Source: Bdellovibrionota bacterium (GTDB taxonomy: Bacteria; Bdellovibrionota_B; Oligoflexia; Silvanigrellales; Silvanigrellaceae). From it: a stretch of DNA of 32,900 bases. The position numbers and the translations under genes are program-made. Below the pieces are notes generated by a model. It was not told the DNA's origin and searched no databases. It saw only the letters and a program-made list of their open reading frames with translations. Shown one piece after another: positions 26,939 through 32,900 of the stretch; the first letter of the stretch is position 1; each line of letters opens with the position of its first letter. Location: positions 11,152-44,051 of the forward strand of contig JAZKEW010000128.1 of NCBI GenBank assembly GCA_040386785.1, read 5' to 3'.

Positions 26939-27214
26939 ATGGAACTTACCAACTTGCCCATGCAAATCACCTCTCTTGTTGGCGCTTTTATTGTCTTAAC
27001 AGCGTATATTGGCCATCAATTGAAATGGAAGATATTTGACCCCGACAAATACATCTACAATATTTGTAATTCTGTGGCATCAATTCTATTAACTTACGTT
27101 GCATTCGAGCCATTCCAAGCAGGCTTTGTTATTATGGAAGGCACTTGGGGTATTGTGAGTATTTACACGTTGATGCGTGTGTACAAAAAAAATAAACAAA
27201 AAAACAAGGCTTAA
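26939..27214 (+). CDS. Small three-TM membrane protein, CBU_0592-like
   Basis: 91 aa with the pattern G...L.AY / Y...N...S..L...A / F..ME..W..VS; ends 5 nt before murE. Confidence 0.7.
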   Translation: MELTNLPMQITSLVGAFIVLTAYIGHQLKWKIFDPDKYIYNICNSVASILLTYVAFEPFQAGFVIMEGTWGIVSIYTLMRVYKKNKQKNKA

Positions 27215-27219
27215 CTTTT

Positions 27220-28824
27220 ATGTCTTTTACAATCCCACAGCCATTTATATCAATAAAAGAAATTGTAAAAACCTGCGCTGAAGATGAAATTTATAGTTTA
27301 AAATTGCCTATTTATTTTCACTCTTCTTACATTGAAGAATTATTAAAAACAAATTCCACCACTCCACGATTTATTTACATTGCGCGCAAAGGGCAGAAAT
27401 TTGATGGCAATAATTTAGCAAAAAAAATATTGAACTCTGGAAATTTCTTTATTGGAGAAATGGAAAGCATTCAAAAAATTTACGCCTCCGAAGCTCAAAA
27501 ATTATTCGAAAATAAGTTATTTATTTCTGTAAAAAGTACAGAACAGACATTGAATATGGCTCTTGAAAAATCTTTTAAAATTCAAACAGAAAATTTTTTT
27601 ACCATTGCAGTCACTGGCACCAATGGAAAAACATCTGTCACGCAAATAACCGCTAATTTACTTCAAGAACTATACAAGGAAAATATTTTAAAAATAGGCA
27701 CACTAGGTGTGCAGTTTGGAAATATCATTTTACCCGTTTCCCACGTCACAACTCCTGACTACCCTGCATTTTTAAATATTTTAGCCACAGCTCAGGAAAA
27801 TAATGTCAAAAAAATAATTTTAGAATACACTTCGCACGGGTTACAAGAAAATAGACTAGGCAAATGGCCCATAGACATCGCTATTTTCACCAACCTAACA
27901 CAAGATCACCTTGATTATCATAAAACCATGGCAAATTACCGCTCTGCAAAGCAATTGCTATTTAGTCAATGTTTAACTAAAAATGGGACTGCAATTATTA
28001 ACATTAATAACAATGAGTGGGAACATTTTATAAATGCAGCACTTGGTAAAAATAGGAATTTAATTGCTGTTGGCAATAGTAAATTACATGCAGAAATTAA
28101 AACCCGCTATGGAGAAAATTTTAATTCTATTACATTTGTTTATATTGAAAATACCATTTCGAACTTAAATGGCATAAGTGGAAAATTAGTTGTTCAAAAC
28201 CTTCAACGCATAGAACATCAATTTTCTTGCCTACTCATTGGAGAATTTCAATTTGAAAATATTTTGTGTGCAGCTGGGGTAGGGATTGCTCTCAAATTTT
28301 CACTGGAACAAATTTGTGGAGCAGTCAGCAAAATACAAAATATTCCAGGGCGCCTTGAAAAAATAGATGCATCGCAAAAGCTATTGCCAACAGTACTTGT
28401 GGACTATGCTCACACACCAGACGCCCTTGAAAAATCTATTCAAACCTGCAAAAAAACCCTTTCTCCAAATGGAAAATTAATTACTGTTTTTGGTTGTGGT
28501 GGTGACAGAGACGCTTCTAAACGACCTCTTATGGGAAAAATTGCCTTTGAACAATCGCATTTTGTTGTCGTCACATCAGACAATCCGAGGACAGAGGACC
28601 CAAATAAAATCATAGATGACATTTTTGGCGATGCACATGAAACCGAAAAACACATGCGCGAGTGCGACAGAAGAAAAGCCATTGAAAAAGCAATTTTACT
28701 GGCCTCAAAAAATGATGTGATTCTTGTTGCAGGAAAAGGACATGAGGATTATCAAATTATTGGGACAACAAAATATCCTTTTTCTGATGCTGATGTGGTA
28801 AAATCAATTTTAGAAAAACTGTAA
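27220..28824 (+). CDS. murE: UDP-MurNAc-L-Ala-D-Glu:meso-DAP ligase
   Basis: VTGTNGKTS, TTPD, FTNLTQDHLDYH, DYAHTPD, FGCGGDRD, DNPR (DAP specificity) and AGKGHEDYQ. Confidence 0.97.
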   Translation: MSFTIPQPFISIKEIVKTCAEDEIYSLKLPIYFHSSYIEELLKTNSTTPRFIYIARKGQKFDGNNLAKKILNSGNFFIGEMESIQKIYASEAQKLFENKLFISVKSTEQTLNMALEKSFKIQTENFFTIAVTGTNGKTSVTQITANLLQELYKENILKIGTLGVQFGNIILPVSHVTTPDYPAFLNILATAQENNVKKIILEYTSHGLQENRLGKWPIDIAIFTNLTQDHLDYHKTMANYRSAKQLLFSQCLTKNGTAIININNNEWEHFINAALGKNRNLIAVGNSKLHAEIKTRYGENFNSITFVYIENTISNLNGISGKLVVQNLQRIEHQFSCLLIGEFQFENILCAAGVGIALKFSLEQICGAVSKIQNIPGRLEKIDASQKLLPTVLVDYAHTPDALEKSIQTCKKTLSPNGKLITVFGCGGDRDASKRPLMGKIAFEQSHFVVVTSDNPRTEDPNKIIDDIFGDAHETEKHMRECDRRKAIEKAILLASKNDVILVAGKGHEDYQIIGTTKYPFSDADVVKSILEKL

Positions 28825-28853
28825 TCTCTCTTCTTCAATTCGAGAAAATATCC

Positions 28854-29969
28854 ATGATTTACTTATTCATTACTAAATTAATCGCTCTCGACCCAAGGTT
28901 CTCTGGCCTGCATGCGTTCACTTATTTATCGAGTCGCGCTATTCTGGCAATCATAACAAGCATTGTCATATCCATGTTTTTATATCCAAAAACCATTCGT
29001 CTGTTGCGCTCTTTAAAGGCAGGACAACCCATTCGTGAACTTGGCCTTGAAGAACAAATGCAAAAAAAAGGTACGCCCACCATGGGAGGCATTGTCATTA
29101 TTTTTGCGACCATGGTCAGCGTGTTACTTTGGATGGATGTAACAAACAGACATTTTTTTACCCTCAGTGTTGTTACTTTAGGTTTTGGCTTAATTGGTTT
29201 TTTAGACGACTATCTCAAAATCTCCAAAAAAAATACCAACGGCCTTTCTAGCAAAAAGAAAATGCTTGGTTTGCTCATTTTCGGCTTCATTGCCATTTGT
29301 TGGCATTTGTGGTCCACAAACCATTTAGTTCCTCTCACGCAATTTTCAATCACACCAACCTCTGTCAACGTTCCATTTTTCAAAAATCTGGTTATAGAGC
29401 TCGGACTTTTGTATGCACCCTTCGCAATTCTAGTTATGGTAGGGTCAAGCAATGCTGTAAATTTAACCGACGGCCTTGATGGTCTCGCAATTGGCCCAGT
29501 CATCACTTGCGCACTCACACTGCTTATTCTCAGTTACGTCACAGGAAATATTGTTTTAGCCAAATATCTTTACTACCACTACATTCCTGGCGCAGGTGAA
29601 ATTAGTGTTTTTTTATCTGCACTTATTGGTGCTTCCATTGGGTTTCTTTGGTACAATACCTTCCCTGCGCAAATTTTTATGGGCGATTCCGGAGCTCTTG
29701 CGTTAGGTGGTATCTTAGGCACCGTTGCTGTTATTACAGGCCACGAAGTTCTTTTAGTCGTTATGGGTGGAATTTTTGTTGCTGAAGCGGTAAGTGTGAT
29801 TATACAAGTTGCGTCATTCAAAACTCGTGGCAAAAGGGTTTTTAAAATGGCTCCCTTGCATCACCACTACCAAAAAAAGGGTTGGCCCGAACAAAAAATT
29901 ACCGTGCGAATTTGGATTATTAGTTTTATTTTAAGTTTGCTCAGTATTTTAACCTTAAAGTTAAGATAG
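28854..29969 (+). CDS. mraY: Phospho-N-acetylmuramoyl-pentapeptide transferase
   Basis: KKGTPTMGG, DDYLK, NAVNLTDGLDGLA, FMGDSG and MAPLHHH. Confidence 0.98.
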   Translation: MIYLFITKLIALDPRFSGLHAFTYLSSRAILAIITSIVISMFLYPKTIRLLRSLKAGQPIRELGLEEQMQKKGTPTMGGIVIIFATMVSVLLWMDVTNRHFFTLSVVTLGFGLIGFLDDYLKISKKNTNGLSSKKKMLGLLIFGFIAICWHLWSTNHLVPLTQFSITPTSVNVPFFKNLVIELGLLYAPFAILVMVGSSNAVNLTDGLDGLAIGPVITCALTLLILSYVTGNIVLAKYLYYHYIPGAGEISVFLSALIGASIGFLWYNTFPAQIFMGDSGALALGGILGTVAVITGHEVLLVVMGGIFVAEAVSVIIQVASFKTRGKRVFKMAPLHHHYQKKGWPEQKITVRIWIISFILSLLSILTLKLR

Positions 29970-29991
29970 TTTGACCCCTCCGTAAGGCGTT

Positions 29992-31560
29992 ATGAAAAAT
30001 ATCTCTCATCTTAAAAATACCAATTTTACCATTGCAGGCGCTGCTCGTAGTGGAATATCTTGTGCTAAATTATTAAAAAAATTTGGTCTCAAAGTTTTTT
30101 TAACCGAAGAAAAAAAACTCTCCACAGAAACAGAGGCTATCTTAAAAGAAATAGGAATTTCCTTTGAACAAGAAGGACACTCCATTGATAAAATTATCAA
30201 TAACACCGACATTCTTATTATTTCTCCTGGTATTTTGCTCAGCTCACCTCTTGTCATAGCAGCAAAAAAAAACAATATTCTTGTAGCAAGTGAAGTTGAA
30301 GTTGCGTCTTGGTTTTTTCCTGAAAATGTGATTTGCTGCGGCATTACCGGAACAAATGGGAAAAGCACGACCACGCATTATTTGGCTAACCTTCTAAAGC
30401 TAGAGCACGCTGCTGTTGCTTGTGGAAATATAGGCACACCAGTTTCAGAAGCCGTATTCAATTTATATGAAAAAAATTTACTCGAAGACAATTATTATTT
30501 GTGCATTGAATTGAGTAGTTATCAGCTGGAAACTATTTATTCTATGGGTCCCTTGTGCACCTGCTTTTTAAATTTACAAAATGATCATCTTGCTCGTTAT
30601 GAAAATATGGATGAATATTTAAAAGCAAAATGGCGTCTCATTTTACTCACAAGAGACGACGGCCTTGCAATTATAGAAGAAAATGTTCTCGCTCGTGCAG
30701 TCCATCTAGGGCTATCCATGCCAAAATGTAAAATTTTTGTTCTCACAGAACACAAACCATTTACACACAGACAGCAACAAAGTGAATATAAAAATACTGG
30801 CATCAATTTACCAATAGCAATTTATAAAGAACTTAAAAATCTGTCTATAGAACAACTTATTCCGTCTTCATCACTTAACCATGCACATGTTGCCTATGAT
30901 GCAAATACAAATTCTGCACAAATTAATTTTAATGACCATGAAAAATGGGATGTGAAAAATTCTTGTTTAAATGGAAAACATAATATCATTAATATTTTAG
31001 TGGCGAGTTTAATGGCTGAGTTTTCCGGACTATATAAAAATAGAATATTAAGGCAATGGGAAAAAGAAACGACAAAATATGCCCCTCTTCCGCACAGGCT
31101 CGAACATATTGGAAGTGCAAAACAAATTTATATTGATTCTCATAAAAATAAAAAAACAGTTACTATTATAAATGATTCCAAAGCAACTAATGTAGAAAGC
31201 ACACTCGTTGCTTTGCAAGCCTTTCATAAACCTATTAGGCTACTGCTTGGCGGGGAAGCGAAAGGCGATAGTTATTTACCCATTATTGAAATAACGAATA
31301 AAGATAATTTAATTATTTACCCATTTGGAAAAGCAGCCCCTATAATTCGTGAGCAGCTCTCTCAATTTAAAAATGTTCGTCCTCATAATTTTTCAAATAT
31401 GCTTGCAGCTGCTAATGAAGTACTTTTGGAATGTGAAAATGGAGACATCATTCTTCTTTCACCTGCCTGCAGTAGTTTTGATGAGTTTAAAGATTTTGAG
31501 CATAGGGGCAATGTCTTTCGCGCGTGGGCAATTTCATGTTTTGAGGAAAATAAATCTTGA
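29992..31560 (+). CDS. murD: UDP-MurNAc-L-Ala:D-Glu ligase
   Basis: GAARSG, SPG, ITGTNGKSTT, ELSSYQLE, DHLARY, NDSKATN and LLSPACSSFDEF. Confidence 0.96.
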   Translation: MKNISHLKNTNFTIAGAARSGISCAKLLKKFGLKVFLTEEKKLSTETEAILKEIGISFEQEGHSIDKIINNTDILIISPGILLSSPLVIAAKKNNILVASEVEVASWFFPENVICCGITGTNGKSTTTHYLANLLKLEHAAVACGNIGTPVSEAVFNLYEKNLLEDNYYLCIELSSYQLETIYSMGPLCTCFLNLQNDHLARYENMDEYLKAKWRLILLTRDDGLAIIEENVLARAVHLGLSMPKCKIFVLTEHKPFTHRQQQSEYKNTGINLPIAIYKELKNLSIEQLIPSSSLNHAHVAYDANTNSAQINFNDHEKWDVKNSCLNGKHNIINILVASLMAEFSGLYKNRILRQWEKETTKYAPLPHRLEHIGSAKQIYIDSHKNKKTVTIINDSKATNVESTLVALQAFHKPIRLLLGGEAKGDSYLPIIEITNKDNLIIYPFGKAAPIIREQLSQFKNVRPHNFSNMLAAANEVLLECENGDIILLSPACSSFDEFKDFEHRGNVFRAWAISCFEENKS

Positions 31561-32726
31561 ATTTAAATGCGACAACGAGAAAAGAAGAGCCTGAAATCAT
31601 GTACCAACTAACACCAAACGCATGGACAGCCTACGGTGGTGGAGTGCTGTGGATTCCTGTATTTGCTCTTTCTGGATTTGGAATTTTATTTGTGTACAGC
31701 GCGTCATCGGTTTATGCGCTGCAAACCTATGGCAATGAGTTTTATTTTGCAAAAAAACAAGCTCTATTCTTAATTCCATCTTTTATTGCGGCTGTTATTG
31801 GCGCAAAAATTCCACTTGAATTTTTTTATAAGCACATCAAATTTATTTTTATAGCTATGGTCATGCTTACTTTTGCCACACACCTTCCACACATTGGCAG
31901 ACGAGTCAGCGGTGCACCCCGTTGGTTAAACTTAGGGCCTTTTCCTGTTCAGCCCGCTGAATTTTTAAAGTCTTTCACGCTTATGTTTATGGTGTATGTC
32001 ACAACAAAAACCCAAACAAATTTTTTCTCTGGTAGTGGTTACAAAAAATATGCTCCTTTTCTTAATTATTTTTGCTTAGCTCTTGCTCCAATTGCTATTA
32101 TTTCACAAAAAGACTTAGGGACAACCCTTGTTGTTGTGAGCGGATGCCTTGCTATTTTATTTATGAATGGTTTGCCAAAACGTTTTTTTGCTGCAATTTT
32201 TGGATTTCTTTGCCTAAGTGTAATTGCTTTAATTCTTGCTGAACCCTATCGAATTGCGCGTGTTATGACATTTTTAGATCCCTTTAAAGATCCTTTAGGT
32301 GCAGGATTTCAAGTCATTCAAAGCTTTATTGCAGTGGCAAATGGTGGAGTATTTGGTCGTGGTATTGGAGAAAGTCAACAAAAACTTTTCTTTTTACCCG
32401 AAGCTCACACGGACTTTATTTTAGCGGTTATCACCGAAGAAATGGGGTTTGTCGGTGTGCTTGTCCTAACTATTTTATATGGCGTGTTGTACTATGCTAT
32501 TTTAAGACTGGTGCTTTACGCTAAAACCCACACGGACAGACTTTTTGCAGCTGGTGTTTTTACCATGATTGTCTTAACCACCATTATTAACATGGGAGTT
32601 GTTGCAGGCGCGCTCCCAACAAAGGGTTTGCCTTTGCCATTTATTTCCAATGGCGGATCAGCTCTCATTGCAAATTTTTTTATTATTGGACTTTTATCGC
32701 AAATATCCAAAAGAATACATGATTAA
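31557..32726 (+). CDS. ftsW: SEDS peptidoglycan polymerase FtsW
   Basis: VYSAS, RWL..QPAEF.K, GFQVIQS, LPEAHTDFI..EEMG and PTKGLPLPFISNGGS; dcw position. Confidence 0.95.
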   Translation: MNLNATTRKEEPEIMYQLTPNAWTAYGGGVLWIPVFALSGFGILFVYSASSVYALQTYGNEFYFAKKQALFLIPSFIAAVIGAKIPLEFFYKHIKFIFIAMVMLTFATHLPHIGRRVSGAPRWLNLGPFPVQPAEFLKSFTLMFMVYVTTKTQTNFFSGSGYKKYAPFLNYFCLALAPIAIISQKDLGTTLVVVSGCLAILFMNGLPKRFFAAIFGFLCLSVIALILAEPYRIARVMTFLDPFKDPLGAGFQVIQSFIAVANGGVFGRGIGESQQKLFFLPEAHTDFILAVITEEMGFVGVLVLTILYGVLYYAILRLVLYAKTHTDRLFAAGVFTMIVLTTIINMGVVAGALPTKGLPLPFISNGGSALIANFFIIGLLSQISKRIHD

Positions 32727-32741
32727 TTTATTGGAGTCTCA

Positions 32742-32900
32742 ATGTTTAACACAATTAAAAACATTCATTTTGTTGGTATTGGTGGGAGTGGCATGTCTGG
32801 AATTGCAGAAGTTCTTTTCCATTCTGGCTACATTGTTTCTGGCAGTGATATTAAAGAAACTCCAACAACTGACAAATTAAAAAGCTTTGGCATAAAAATT
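32742..32900 (+). CDS. murC: UDP-MurNAc:L-Ala ligase, 5' part (runs off the right edge; not in the ORF track)
   Basis: ATG 32742 after GGAG; translates to [36 protein letters not shown]. Confidence 0.93.
   Translation, partial: MFNTIKNIHFVGIGGSGMSGIAEVLFHSGYIVSGSDIKETPTTDKLKSFGIKI

Noticed and set aside
32599-32880. 93-aa ORF at the right edge
   Set aside because: The real gene here is murC, in a different frame starting at 32742.

Overview
AT-rich bacterial chromosomal window; the organism cannot be assigned from the sequence alone. The left part (1-13971) is housekeeping: 2Fe-2S ferredoxin, DsbA-like protein, TPR protein, Sfp-type PPTase, metK, an RNase P RNA gene (rnpB, absent from the ORF track), a single-chain fused glyQ-glyS glycyl-tRNA synthetase, ribF, a LysM lipoprotein and the start of the dcw cluster (rsmH-ftsL-ftsI). 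The dcw cluster is split between ftsI and murE by a ~13 kb accessory island (about 13972-26860) with no integrase, transposase or tRNA. The island is a string of apparently self-contained cassettes, most with a sigma70-like promoter overlapped or closely followed by its own palindrome: a three-gene antitoxin/MazF/NMP-kinase-like operon, an AbiEi-AbiEii type IV TA pair, a 1061-aa orphan with an internal ~290-aa duplication, an MqsR-like toxin with a Zn-ribbon-HTH-DUF4065 (Panacea) antitoxin, a Fic-HTH gene, and three paralogous AAA_14/DUF4143 ATPase-nuclease genes (one frameshifted), plus decayed relics. The dcw cluster resumes with a small membrane protein, murE, mraY, murD, ftsW and the 5' end of murC; mraZ, murF and murG are missing from their usual positions. 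All family calls come from motif recognition by eye, not database searches.
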